Shown piece by piece: positions 39,974-49,553 of a DNA stretch of 64,000 nt (positions are counted from its first letter, which is position 1; each line of letters begins with the position of its first letter). A program made the position numbers and the translations under genes. The notes below the pieces were generated by a model. It searched no databases, was not told where the DNA came from, and worked only from the letters and a program-made list of their open reading frames with translations. The stretch comes from Marinobacter sp. GTDB taxonomy: Bacteria; Pseudomonadota; Alphaproteobacteria; Rhodobacterales; Rhodobacteraceae. The stretch lies in the NCBI GenBank assembly GCA_040119125.1, contig JBEDTR010000005.1, forward strand, positions 93,266 through 157,265, written 5' to 3'.

Positions 39974-40679
39974 GGGCAGGCTCCGGGCGCGTCTAGGGTA
40001 TCTACCGCAATATGGCCTTGCCGCAGCGCGGCGCAAGGTAGCCGTCACGCTGATCGCGAGCCTGTCATCCCTGACCGCTGCACCGGCGATGGCGCAAACC
40101 GTGCTGGCGGCGCTGGGCGACAGTCTGACCCAAGGCTACGGGTTACCGCAGGGCGACGGTTTTGTGCCGCAGTTGCAGGCATGGCTGACAGACCGTGGGC
40201 ATGACGTGCGCATCGTCAATGCGGGCGTATCGGGCGACACAACGCAGGGCGGGCTCAGCCGCGCCGCGTGGACCCTGACGCCAGAGGTCGAGGGCATGAT
40301 CGTGGCGCTCGGCGGCAATGACCTGCTGCGCGGCCTGCCGCCCGAGACCAGCCGCGCCAATCTGGACGGTATCCTGACCGCCGCGGATGAGGCCGAGGTG
40401 CCGGTGCTGCTGGTGGGCATGATCGCGCCGGGCAATTACGGCGCAGCGTTCAAGCAATCTTTTGACGCGATGTATCCTGAACTGGCCGAGGCGCATGGCG
40501 CGCTGCTGCACCCGGATTTTTTGGGCGCGCTGACCGGGATCGAGGACCGCACCGGGGCAATCCGCGACTATATGCAGGGGGATGGCATCCACCCCAACGC
40601 CGACGGTGTGGCGCTGGTGGTGGAGGATATCGGGCCTTCGGTCGAGGCGCTGCTGGAGCGCATCGACCAAGGGCAGTGA
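39972..40679 (+). CDS. tesA: Arylesterase / acyl-CoA thioesterase I (SGNH/GDSL, TesA-like)
   Basis: GDSLT, NAGVSGDTT, LGGND and DGIHPN blocks; signal peptide ending AMA; divergent from ybbA. The start codon is uncertain. Confidence 0.82.
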   Translation: MGRLRARLGYLPQYGLAAARRKVAVTLIASLSSLTAAPAMAQTVLAALGDSLTQGYGLPQGDGFVPQLQAWLTDRGHDVRIVNAGVSGDTTQGGLSRAAWTLTPEVEGMIVALGGNDLLRGLPPETSRANLDGILTAADEAEVPVLLVGMIAPGNYGAAFKQSFDAMYPELAEAHGALLHPDFLGALTGIEDRTGAIRDYMQGDGIHPNADGVALVVEDIGPSVEALLERIDQGQ

Positions 40680-40683
40680 TGGC

Positions 40684-41481
40684 TTAGGCGAGCGCTGGCT
40701 GCGTCGGTTTGAGCGCGCTGATATCGCGGGCTTCGACTTCGCGCAGCAGTTCGATGAAACCGCGCACCTGATGGGCGCAGGTGGCGCGGCCTTTCTCGGC
40801 CGTGGCCAGCGACGCATCGCCCACCGTGCCCGCATCGCTCAGATCCGATGAGATCCAGCCATGCGAGATTGGCCCCACCGGCGAAATCGACGCGCCCTCG
40901 GCGGCGGAGCGGAAATTCTCGGCGCGGGTCATATCCACGCAATACGGCTGAAACGCCAGCATCAACGAGGTCTCCACATCGCCGCCATGGATGCCGTAGG
41001 CGCGTTCATGATCGGTGTAGAGCCCCTCGGGCTGGCCGAAATTGCCCCATTGGCATTTCACCGCGAACATCCCCGCCCGCACCCGCAATTCGCGGCTGAG
41101 GATCGAGATCAGGTCGAGATTGCCGCCATGGCTGTTGGCGATGACGATCTTACGAATGCCAGCCCGCGCGACCGACAGCCCGATCTCCTGCCATGCCTGA
41201 AGCGCGACGGGCGCGGACAGGGTGAGCGTGCCAGCGGCGTGGATATGTTCATTCGATTTGCCCACGGCCATTGTCGGCAGGATGCGGATATCCAGATCTT
41301 CGGGACAGGTGCGGCGCAGCTCATCCAGCATGCCGCCCGCGATCATCGTATCGGTGCCCACGGGCAGATGCGGCCCGTGTTGTTCGATGGCCGCGGTGGG
41401 CAGGATGGCGATGGTCTTCATCGGGTCGATATCGCGATATTCGGTGGCGCGATATTCGGCCCAGTCGAAACGGCGTGTCAT
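40684..41481 (-). CDS. Creatininase-family amidohydrolase
   Basis: EQHGPHLPVGTD, SNEH, NSHGGN and HGGDVETS. Confidence 0.92.
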   Translation of the reverse strand: MTRRFDWAEYRATEYRDIDPMKTIAILPTAAIEQHGPHLPVGTDTMIAGGMLDELRRTCPEDLDIRILPTMAVGKSNEHIHAAGTLTLSAPVALQAWQEIGLSVARAGIRKIVIANSHGGNLDLISILSRELRVRAGMFAVKCQWGNFGQPEGLYTDHERAYGIHGGDVETSLMLAFQPYCVDMTRAENFRSAAEGASISPVGPISHGWISSDLSDAGTVGDASLATAEKGRATCAHQVRGFIELLREVEARDISALKPTQPALA

Positions 41482-42431
41482 GAAACCTCCGGTGGGGTGT
41501 AAGTGGCGTCGAGCCGGGAGCGCAGGTAATCGGCCCCCGTGACGGCGGGATAACGGGGATCGCCGGTGCCGGGCAGCGCTGAGATGACGCTGTCGGGGTT
41601 GGGATCGAGGAAGAACGCGACCGACTGACGCTTATTGCGCGGCGGCGCAACGCGATGGGGCGAAGACGCGTAGATGTCATTGGACCAGCGCATCAGACAA
41701 TCGCCAATATTGACGACGAATGTATCGGCCATATGGGGCACGTCGATCCATGTGTCGCTGCCGCGCGGGCGGACCTGCAACCCCGGCTCACCATCGGTCA
41801 GCAGCAGCGTCACCGCGCCGTAATCCGTATGCGCCCCGGCGCCGATTTCACCGGCAGAGCCGCTGGCAGGCGGATAGGACAGCAGCCGCAGCGTGGCCAT
41901 GGGGGCGGTGAAATGCGGGGTGAAATATTCCTCCGCCAGCCCCAGATCGCGGGCAAAGGCGCGATGCAGCGCCACGCCCAGATCCCATGCGGCGTCGTAA
42001 TAGGCCGAAAGCGTCGCGCGGAACTGCGGCATCACGGCGTCCTGCGGCCAGAGGTTCACGCCGCGAAACGGCTCACCGGCCAGCACGCGCGGATCATCGG
42101 CAGGCAGATCAAGACCGATATTGAACGCCTCCTTGCGGTCCTGCACGCCGCTGGTGTCATCGAGCGCCTCAGACCCCATATGCGCCCAGCCCCGGTTATG
42201 CGGGTTGGTGTAGATCGACAGGGGCTTTTTCATACTTTCCGGCTGGGCAAAGAAATCGCTGGCCTGCGCAAACACCTGTTTGATCAGGTTGCGATCGATG
42301 CCATGCGCTTTCAGCAGGAAAAACCCCGCCCCGCGACAGGCCGCGCCCAGATCGGCGGCGAAGCCATCGGGATCATCCCCCGAAGCGAAACGTTGCCAGT
42401 CAAGAACGGGAATATCGATCGCATCGGTCAT
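41478..42431 (-). CDS. 2OG-Fe(II) dioxygenase, isopenicillin N synthase family
   Basis: IPVLD, GFF...HGI, HTDYG, VNIGD, HRV and RQS motifs. Confidence 0.92.
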   Translation of the reverse strand: MTDAIDIPVLDWQRFASGDDPDGFAADLGAACRGAGFFLLKAHGIDRNLIKQVFAQASDFFAQPESMKKPLSIYTNPHNRGWAHMGSEALDDTSGVQDRKEAFNIGLDLPADDPRVLAGEPFRGVNLWPQDAVMPQFRATLSAYYDAAWDLGVALHRAFARDLGLAEEYFTPHFTAPMATLRLLSYPPASGSAGEIGAGAHTDYGAVTLLLTDGEPGLQVRPRGSDTWIDVPHMADTFVVNIGDCLMRWSNDIYASSPHRVAPPRNKRQSVAFFLDPNPDSVISALPGTGDPRYPAVTGADYLRSRLDATYTPPEVS

Positions 42432-43102
42432 GTCGGGCGCTCCTCGCTGTGAATCGTTTCGCTGCGGGCCGCGGGGTTCTCTGTCCGGCTCCCGGCGCGG
42501 CGGGCGGGGGCAAGGAACCGATCCATTTTGGCCTCCACCCGCGACAGGTGGCGTGCGCGACTGGCATCGGTAGAACTGTCCATCAGGTAGTGCATCGCAA
42601 AGGATTTGCGCAACGGCTTGGCACAGATCAGCCCGATGCCGCGAAACAGCGTGCGCTTGCCCGGTGCCCCGATCAGCGCGGTCAGCCAGCGGCTGGCCCC
42701 GCCGGTCGTATAGACCGCAAGATTGCGAATATGGGTCAGGCCGGGGCGGATCGTGGCGTGATCGCTATCGGGCATGAGAAACGCCACATCCGGTAGTAAA
42801 ACCCGTTCCAGCCAGCCTTTCAGCATCGCGGGCTGGCCATACCACCAGGTCGGATAGACAAAGATCAGCGTATCGCACCATTGGACCTTGGCGACCTCCT
42901 CCGCGACGGGGAGGCGATTGGCGGGCGCGTCGAGATAGCCGCGATGCTCCGCCTCCGACAGCGTGGGGTCGAACCCCATCGCATAGAGGTCCGAGATCTG
43001 CCATTCGACACCCGCCGCATTGAGCCGGGCCAGAACCCGGTCGCGCACGGCGGCGGTGAAACTATCCTCGCGCGGGTGGCAATAGACGACAAGCGCGCGC
43101 AT
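42428..43102 (-). CDS. NAD(P)H-dependent flavodoxin-fold oxidoreductase (Flavodoxin_2), copy 2
   Basis: VVYCHP...SFT, DLY and YPTWWYGQPAMLKGWLERV. Confidence 0.9.
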   Translation of the reverse strand: MRALVVYCHPREDSFTAAVRDRVLARLNAAGVEWQISDLYAMGFDPTLSEAEHRGYLDAPANRLPVAEEVAKVQWCDTLIFVYPTWWYGQPAMLKGWLERVLLPDVAFLMPDSDHATIRPGLTHIRNLAVYTTGGASRWLTALIGAPGKRTLFRGIGLICAKPLRKSFAMHYLMDSSTDASRARHLSRVEAKMDRFLAPARRAGSRTENPAARSETIHSEERPT

Positions 43103-43103
43103 G

Positions 43104-43685
43104 TCAGAGAGCCTCCATCTCGCGGCCAACCCGGTCGAGAAACGCAGTGCGGCGCGGCTCGGTCGCGCGGTTCATGTCGTAAAGCGCAAGGTAGCGCATC
43201 CGGTCGGGCCGGGTCGCGTAGCGCACCGCGCGGGTGACGCATTTACGAGGCGGATCGCCTGCACCGATTGCCCGCAACCGGGTGCCCCCATAGGTGGTCA
43301 CTGCCGCCAGCCGGGTGATGTTGGGCAGGTTTGGGCGCACCTTGCCATCGACCAGCTTGAAGGACACGCCGGGCAGGAACACCCGGTCGAGGAAGCCCTT
43401 CAGGATCGCGGGATAGCCGAAATTCCAGACAGGAAAGACCAGCACCAGCGCCTGCGCCGCGCGCAGCCGTTCGACGTAATCCCGCACCGGCTCGATATTG
43501 GCGGGGTAGTCATGGTATCCGCGCCGTTCGGTTTCGGTCAGGACCGGCGAAAACCCTTCGGCATTCAGGTCGCAATCATCCACGTCCCAGCCGCCACGGG
43601 CGAGGCTTTCGACCGTGCGCGCATGCAGCGAGGCCGAGAAGCTTTCAGGACAGGGATGTGCGAAAAGGACAAGCGCGCGTTTCAT
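43104..43685 (-). CDS. NAD(P)H-dependent flavodoxin-fold oxidoreductase (Flavodoxin_2), copy 1
   Basis: LFAHP...SFS and FPVWNFGYPAILKGFLDRV. Confidence 0.9.
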   Translation of the reverse strand: MKRALVLFAHPCPESFSASLHARTVESLARGGWDVDDCDLNAEGFSPVLTETERRGYHDYPANIEPVRDYVERLRAAQALVLVFPVWNFGYPAILKGFLDRVFLPGVSFKLVDGKVRPNLPNITRLAAVTTYGGTRLRAIGAGDPPRKCVTRAVRYATRPDRMRYLALYDMNRATEPRRTAFLDRVGREMEAL

Positions 43686-43716
43686 ATCGCAGCCTCGATG
43701 CGGGCCGGGAGCAATG

Positions 43717-43752
43717 CCGGTTTTCCGCTGGAAAACCGGGCCTCCAGCGGAA
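43717..43752. repeat. Overlapping, mutually exclusive 10-bp hairpins in an intra-operon spacer
   Basis: CCGGTTTTCC(43717)/GGAAAACCGG(43730) and TTCCGCTGGA(43723)/TCCAGCGGAA(43743). Confidence 0.75.
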
Positions 43753-43780
43753 GTATTTCAGATAAGACGAAGCGCATGGA

Positions 43781-45181
43781 TTACTCCGCCGCTTGCAGGC
43801 CGGGATAGGCATACATGCTGGAATAGTCGTAATCGGGATCGTCCCAAGTGATCATCTTGCCCGGATTGAGCAGACCTTTGGGATCGGCCTCGCGCTTGAA
43901 GTCGAGCTGGCGTTTGTCGGCGGACTGGCGCCCGCCTTCTTCCAGCGTATAGCGATGCGGGTTGAAGATGATGGCGCCCGCTTCTTCGTGGAGGCGGACA
44001 ATTTCATCCAGCCGCTCTTCGGTAGTGAAGCGCACCATGGACAGACCGGCGAAAATGGTGCGGCCACTCTCGCGCATGACTTCGAGATGCTGCATCACCT
44101 CGGGCGAGAAATCGGCGCGCATCTTCTGCACCAGCGCGATGTGATCGGGATAGGCGTAGCGGACCTGTAGATAGGTGATCGACGGATCGACCCGCAGGGC
44201 GCGCAGGGTGGTGTGGTTCCAGCCATATTCAAAGACCGGACCCGGCGTGCGCTCCCAATCGCTGGCATCCGAGCGATAGATCAGACGCCCCGCCTCATGC
44301 CGCCCGAGGAAGGTCAAAAACCCCTCCATGCTTTGCGGCGCGATCATCAGCCCGACGAGCGTGGTGCCTTCCTCGACATGCGGCTGCACGCGCTGGAAAT
44401 AGCTATGCGCGATGGGGGCCTCATAGACCGAGCAGAGCTTCTTCAGGATGCCGTCCTGATTGCCGATGCCATTGGCGAATTCCAGCGCCGCGTCGAAATC
44501 GTCGAAGGCCACGAAAATGTCGGTCCAGTCATAGGCCGGGGCCAGCGGCATTTCCAATTCGGTGATGATGCCGTTGGTGCCATAGGCGTGGCTCACGCGG
44601 TGCAGTTCCTCGCCGCGGAATTCCAGCACGCGGGGCTCTTCTTCCATCGTCACCACGCGCAGGCGGATGATGTTGCCCAGATCGCGCAGCGCGCCCCATG
44701 TGATCGATCCGATCCCGCCCGAACCACCGGCGACGAAGCCGCCGACCGTGGCCGTGGCCCAGGTGGAGGAGAACATGCGCAGCTCCTGCCCGCTATGCTC
44801 CTGACAGGCGGCGTCGAGATCTTTCAGCAGGCAGCCCGGCTCGACAATGACACGGCCGGGGTGAATTTCCTTCACTGCCGCCATGTGACGCATATGCATG
44901 ACGCAGCCGCCGGCGAGCGGCATGGCCTGACCGTAATTGCCGGTGCCCGCGCCGCGGGTGGTGACCGGCACGTCATGGGCGTAGCAGGTGCGCAGGATTT
45001 CGATCACCTCGGCTTCGGTGCGGGGCGAGACAACGAAATCGGCCTCGACATGATCGAGCCGGGACTTCAGCACCGGCGAATACCAGAAGAAATCCCGGCT
45101 CTTGGCGCGGATTGCCCGGTCCGAGGTTTCGATATCGAGGTGGCTCAGCGCCTCTTTGGCGGCGGCGACATTAGGGGTCAT
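43781..45181 (-). CDS. FAD-binding oxidoreductase (VAO/PCMH family)
   Basis: SRDFFWYSP, RGAGTGNYGQ, ATVGGFVAGG, HAYGTNG and DPKGLLNPGK; ATGA coupling. Confidence 0.9.
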   Translation of the reverse strand: MTPNVAAAKEALSHLDIETSDRAIRAKSRDFFWYSPVLKSRLDHVEADFVVSPRTEAEVIEILRTCYAHDVPVTTRGAGTGNYGQAMPLAGGCVMHMRHMAAVKEIHPGRVIVEPGCLLKDLDAACQEHSGQELRMFSSTWATATVGGFVAGGSGGIGSITWGALRDLGNIIRLRVVTMEEEPRVLEFRGEELHRVSHAYGTNGIITELEMPLAPAYDWTDIFVAFDDFDAALEFANGIGNQDGILKKLCSVYEAPIAHSYFQRVQPHVEEGTTLVGLMIAPQSMEGFLTFLGRHEAGRLIYRSDASDWERTPGPVFEYGWNHTTLRALRVDPSITYLQVRYAYPDHIALVQKMRADFSPEVMQHLEVMRESGRTIFAGLSMVRFTTEERLDEIVRLHEEAGAIIFNPHRYTLEEGGRQSADKRQLDFKREADPKGLLNPGKMITWDDPDYDYSSMYAYPGLQAAE

Positions 45182-46467
45182 GCGGTCCTCATCAGGTGGT
45201 CGAGCTCCGCGTAATCGGGGAGCGTGCGGTCGATCTGCCGGCCCTGCCGGATCACGATGCGGTCGGATTGGGGCCGGGCGAAAAGCTCGGTCCAGCTGCG
45301 CGCGCGGCAGATCACCAGATCGGCGGGCGCACCGGGGGTCAGGTCTGGCGCATCGAAGCCGCAAACCTGCGCGGGGGTGGTGGTGAAGGCGTGGGTCCAG
45401 TCGTGCCGCCCATGGTCGAGATGGGCGATCCGGGTGGCCTCGCGCATGACCTCGATCATGTCGAGATCGCCATAGGCATAGAACGGATCGCGGGTGTTAT
45501 CCGACGCAAAGCTGACGGAAATGCCGCGTTCGACCATCTCATGAACCAGCGTGACGCCGCGCCTACGCGGGGTGCGCCCGGCATGGCGGTCCTGCAAGAA
45601 CAGATTGCACATCGGCAGGCTGACCACATTGATCCCCGCCCGCGCCACCAGATCGAGCGTGTCGAACGCGCGGGCCTCCTCCTGCACCGACAGCGAACAG
45701 CAATGGCCCACGGTGATCGGCGCGGTGAAGCCGGTGTCGATCGCCGCCTCGGCAATCAGGCGCAGGGTCTCGACGCTGGGGTCCATCGTCTCATCGACAT
45801 GGAAATCCGCATCGAGCCCGCGCGCCCCGGCGGCGGCAAAGAAATCCCGCAGCCGGGTGGGCAGGTCGGGCATCGGATAGGTGACCGAGCCCAGCACGCC
45901 GTCATGTTCGGCCACCAGATCGGCCAGCGCGTTGAAGTCCGGGCCTTGGTCGATGCGGTCGGCGCCAATGAGCGCGCTGGCCTGAAGCTCGACCCGGCCC
46001 GCCCATTTCGCGCGCAGCTCCGACATGACCGGGAAACTGATCGCGGCCTGCGGGGCAAGGCTGTCGATATGGGTGCGCAGAGCACGGGTGCCATGCGCAT
46101 AGGCGCAGCGTAGGGCGAAATCGGCGCGGGCGCGGACATCCTCGGCGGACCAATTGGCGATGCGGTCGGCGCCAACAGTGGCCAGCGCCCCGTCAAATGT
46201 GCCGTTGGGGTTCGGCGCCCGGTCCCAGATATGGCCCTTGTCGATATGGGTATGCATGTCGGTGAAGGCCGGAAGCACCATTGCGCCGCGCATGTCGATT
46301 TGCGGCAGCTCCGGGTCCGGCGCGGCCAGCATGCCGTTCCTGATCGTCAGGTCGATGGAGGTGAGCGCACCTTCGGCCCCGGCCAGACAGGCCGGAACGG
46401 TAAGGTTGCGCAGGGTGGCGTTTATAGTGTCGTCATGGCCGCTGGGCAGAACGCGGAATTCCATCAA
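45178..46467 (-). CDS. Cytosine-deaminase-like metal-dependent amidohydrolase (possible pterin deaminase)
   Basis: DMHTHIDKG, RTHID, DFHVDE, GHCCSL and ASDNTRDPFY motifs. Confidence 0.85.
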   Translation of the reverse strand: MMEFRVLPSGHDDTINATLRNLTVPACLAGAEGALTSIDLTIRNGMLAAPDPELPQIDMRGAMVLPAFTDMHTHIDKGHIWDRAPNPNGTFDGALATVGADRIANWSAEDVRARADFALRCAYAHGTRALRTHIDSLAPQAAISFPVMSELRAKWAGRVELQASALIGADRIDQGPDFNALADLVAEHDGVLGSVTYPMPDLPTRLRDFFAAAGARGLDADFHVDETMDPSVETLRLIAEAAIDTGFTAPITVGHCCSLSVQEEARAFDTLDLVARAGINVVSLPMCNLFLQDRHAGRTPRRRGVTLVHEMVERGISVSFASDNTRDPFYAYGDLDMIEVMREATRIAHLDHGRHDWTHAFTTTPAQVCGFDAPDLTPGAPADLVICRARSWTELFARPQSDRIVIRQGRQIDRTLPDYAELDHLMRTA

Positions 46468-47345
46468 CCCTCTCTGTTAAGGGCACTTTCGTGCCATTTG
46501 CGCAGCATCAGGTGGGTGAACACCGACAGGATCGTGAAGATCACCACCCCCATTGCCGCAATCATTGCCAGCGCGGCAAACATCCGCGCGATATTAAGCC
46601 GGTAGCCAGCCTCTTGGATACGCGAGGCAAGGCCCGCGCCCACGCCCCCGGTCCCGGCGACCAGTTCGGCCACCACGGCCCCGATCAGCGACAGACCACC
46701 GGCGATCTTCAGCCCGCCCAAGAAATAGGGCAGCGCCGAGGGGATCTGAAGCAGGGTCAGCCGCTGCCAGCGCGTCGCGCCATAGATACGGAACAGATCG
46801 CGCAGGTTGTGATCGACGGAGTTCAGCCCCAGCGTGGTCGAGGAGAGCACCGGAAAAAACGCCACGATCCATGCGCAAAGCAGCATACCGGCGGTCTTGC
46901 TTTCGACATAGATAAAGATCAGCGGCGCGATCGAGACCACGGGCGTGACCTGCAAGATCACCGCGTATGGGTAGAAGGACAGCTCCATCATCCGCGATTG
47001 GTTGAACAGGATCGCCAGCCCGGCCCCGCCCGCGACGGCGAGGCACAGCGCCAGAACGGTGGTGCGCGCGGTGAGCGTCGCGGCCTCGAACAGGATGCCC
47101 CAGTCATTGACGAGGCTGTCCCAGACACGACCAGGGCCCGGCAGGATGTAATGCGGAATCTCGTTCCACACGACAATGCGGTCCCACAGCCACAAGGTCA
47201 GCGTCAGCATGATGATGGGCAGCGCGTATTTAGCGAACTTGTCGATGCGGCGGCGCCGCGCGCGACGCATTTCGTCCAGATCGAGGGGCGGCAGGTCGGG
47301 CACATGTTCGGCCACGGTGCCTGCGGGGGTCTGATAGGTGGTCAT
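46464..47345 (-). CDS. ABC transporter permease (NitT/TauT family)
   Basis: YILPGP, QVTPVVSIAPL, FFP, IPSALPY and GAVVAE. Confidence 0.92.
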   Translation of the reverse strand: MTTYQTPAGTVAEHVPDLPPLDLDEMRRARRRRIDKFAKYALPIIMLTLTLWLWDRIVVWNEIPHYILPGPGRVWDSLVNDWGILFEAATLTARTTVLALCLAVAGGAGLAILFNQSRMMELSFYPYAVILQVTPVVSIAPLIFIYVESKTAGMLLCAWIVAFFPVLSSTTLGLNSVDHNLRDLFRIYGATRWQRLTLLQIPSALPYFLGGLKIAGGLSLIGAVVAELVAGTGGVGAGLASRIQEAGYRLNIARMFAALAMIAAMGVVIFTILSVFTHLMLRKWHESALNREG

Positions 47346-48133
47346 GCGGCCTCCATTGCCGAATGCAGCGCTTCGGACGTTGCCCGGCAATGCGCGGCAT
47401 ATTCTGGCGAGGTGCGGAACGCCTCGCCACGCGGATAGGGTTCGTCGACTTGCAATTCGCGGATCACCCGGCCCGGACGGGCGGCCATCACCACGATGCG
47501 GTCGGACAGGAACACGCTTTCAAAGACCGAATGCGTGACGAAAATGACGGTGCAGCCGATCTTGTCGCGCAGGGCCAGCAGATCGGTGTTGAGCTTGTGA
47601 CGGGTGATTTCATCCAGCGCGGCGAAAGGCTCATCCATCAAGATCAGGCGGGGCCGGGTCACCATGGCGCGGGCAATCGAGACACGCATCTTCATGCCTC
47701 CCGACAATTCGCGCGGATAGGCATTGGCGAACTTCTCCAGACCGACCAATGACAGCGCCTCGCGGATCTCATCCTTCACGGCGTGATAGCTTTGACCACG
47801 CAGGCGGAAGGGCAGCCACACATTATGCGCGACCGTGGCCCAAGGCATCAGCGTGGGTTCCTGAAACACCACCCCCAGATCACCCCGCGCCTGCCCGCCG
47901 GCCCATTCGATGCGTCCCGCCGTGGGCGACATCAGCCCCGCGATCAGCCGCAAGGCGGTGGATTTGCCGCAGCCCGACGGCCCGAGTAGCGAGATGAAAT
48001 CCCCCTCGTTCACATCAAGATGCATGCCGCGCAGGGCGACGGTCTCGCCGCCGAAAACCTTGTCGACCGATTGCATCGTCAAGACTGGGGCACGGGCGCC
48101 AATAGGGGCGATTGTGCGGAGGGCTGAGGTCAT
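47342..48133 (-). CDS. ABC transporter ATP-binding protein (NitT/TauT family)
   Basis: GPSGCGKST, LSGGMKMR, MDEPFAALD and FVTHSV. Confidence 0.93.
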   Translation of the reverse strand: MTSALRTIAPIGARAPVLTMQSVDKVFGGETVALRGMHLDVNEGDFISLLGPSGCGKSTALRLIAGLMSPTAGRIEWAGGQARGDLGVVFQEPTLMPWATVAHNVWLPFRLRGQSYHAVKDEIREALSLVGLEKFANAYPRELSGGMKMRVSIARAMVTRPRLILMDEPFAALDEITRHKLNTDLLALRDKIGCTVIFVTHSVFESVFLSDRIVVMAARPGRVIRELQVDEPYPRGEAFRTSPEYAAHCRATSEALHSAMEAA

Positions 48134-48310
48134 TGCAGTTCCGGTAGCTGGTCGATGTTTCTAAGCGGGGCCCCGGCGCGAATCGTCGCGCGGCGCAGGG
48201 CCGGTATCTGTCCCAATGGGGTGCTTTGGCAGACTGACTGCCAGTAGGGATGGCAGCAGGCAGAAGACGGGGCCGCCAAGCCCCGCCATCCGCCCGCCGC
48301 TGAAGCAGGT

Positions 48311-49324
48311 TTACTGCATCAGGTCCATGCCGACGCCTTTGCCCACAAATTCCGTCGTATAGGCGGCTTTGTAGTCCAGACCGTCTTCGAGCACGCCCGC
48401 ATCGACCATCTTCTGGTAGAACTCGCCCACCAGCTCATCGGTGATGACGCCCACGCCCATGGTTTCCGCATCGCCGGAGGTCACGATGCCATTGGCGGTC
48501 AGCTGTTCGACTGCAAAGTCGAGCTTCGACTGGGTCATGTCCGGGTTCGCTTCGAGGATCAGAGCGTTGGCTTCGGAATTGTCGCCACTGAGGTAGTTAT
48601 ACCAACCCTTGATCGAGCCATCGACAAAGCACTGCACGATCTCGGGCTTGTTCGCGATCGTGTCGGCCATGGTTTCGATCGTGGTGGCATAGGTCGAATA
48701 GCCGGCATCCGCGATCAGGAAGATGTCGGGCTTAAAGCCTGCTTCGGTTTCGATGACATAAGGCTCCGAGCTGAGATACCCCTGCATGCCCACGCCTTCA
48801 TCGGCGAGGAACGGCGCGGGGTTGAAGGTATAGGGATCACGCTGTTCGGCGGTGAAACCGTATTCCTTGATCATCCACTGATAATAGGACTGATAGCCGT
48901 TATCCCCGATGAGCAGGGTCAGATCCTTCAGATCTTCGAAGCTTTCAGCCACGCCGGGATGGGCGATGATGACCTGCGGGTGCTTTTGGAACATCGCAGC
49001 GACGGAAACGACAGGGATGCCCTCTTTCACGGCGGAAAACGCCTGAAGCAGGTCACCGCCCATGTGGAAGTCGATTTTGCCGGCCAGCATCAGCGCGCGG
49101 TTGTTCACCTGCGGCCCGCCGGGCACGATCGTCACGTCGAGACCGCATTCGGCATAGGTGCCATCGGCGACAGACTGGTAGAAGCCGCCATGCTCGGCCT
49201 GCGCGACCCAGTTCGTGCCGTAGGATACAGGCGTCAATTCCTGCGCCCGCGCGGGCGTGGTGAGGGCAGTTGCAGTGCCGACGGCCAGCAGAATGGCGCC
49301 GAAGAAGGTGGACCCCTTGGTCAT
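48311..49324 (-). CDS. ABC transporter substrate-binding protein (NMT1/ThiY-like)
   Basis: Signal peptide ending ARA-QE, TNWVAQAEHGGFYQ and PGGPQVN. SD GGAG upstream of ATG 49324. Confidence 0.9.
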   Translation of the reverse strand: MTKGSTFFGAILLAVGTATALTTPARAQELTPVSYGTNWVAQAEHGGFYQSVADGTYAECGLDVTIVPGGPQVNNRALMLAGKIDFHMGGDLLQAFSAVKEGIPVVSVAAMFQKHPQVIIAHPGVAESFEDLKDLTLLIGDNGYQSYYQWMIKEYGFTAEQRDPYTFNPAPFLADEGVGMQGYLSSEPYVIETEAGFKPDIFLIADAGYSTYATTIETMADTIANKPEIVQCFVDGSIKGWYNYLSGDNSEANALILEANPDMTQSKLDFAVEQLTANGIVTSGDAETMGVGVITDELVGEFYQKMVDAGVLEDGLDYKAAYTTEFVGKGVGMDLMQ

Positions 49325-49352
49325 GGTAGTCTCCGCGTAATGTGAGTTTCCC

Positions 49353-49369
49353 TGCCCAATGTGTAGGCA
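49353..49369. promoter_or_regulatory. TGCC-N9-GGCA palindrome (NtrC/Fis-like site) in the divergent promoter region
   Basis: TGCCCAATGTGTAGGCA, with a weaker half-match GAGCATATTTTTGGGCA at 49438-49454. Confidence 0.45.
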
Positions 49370-49553
49370 ACGCCTCAGAAGGTGGCACGAGCGGCCCGCG
49401 TCCATTGTTTGCTCACATCTAAATTTGCGCTTTTAGAGAGCATATTTTTGGGCAATTGTTTAAATCATGTGCAATCTAGAAGAAATCTGCGCAGGATCGA
49501 TCTGATCGCCTCGCCAGATTGACCTCCCCCCTCACGCGGATAATCTGCACCCA

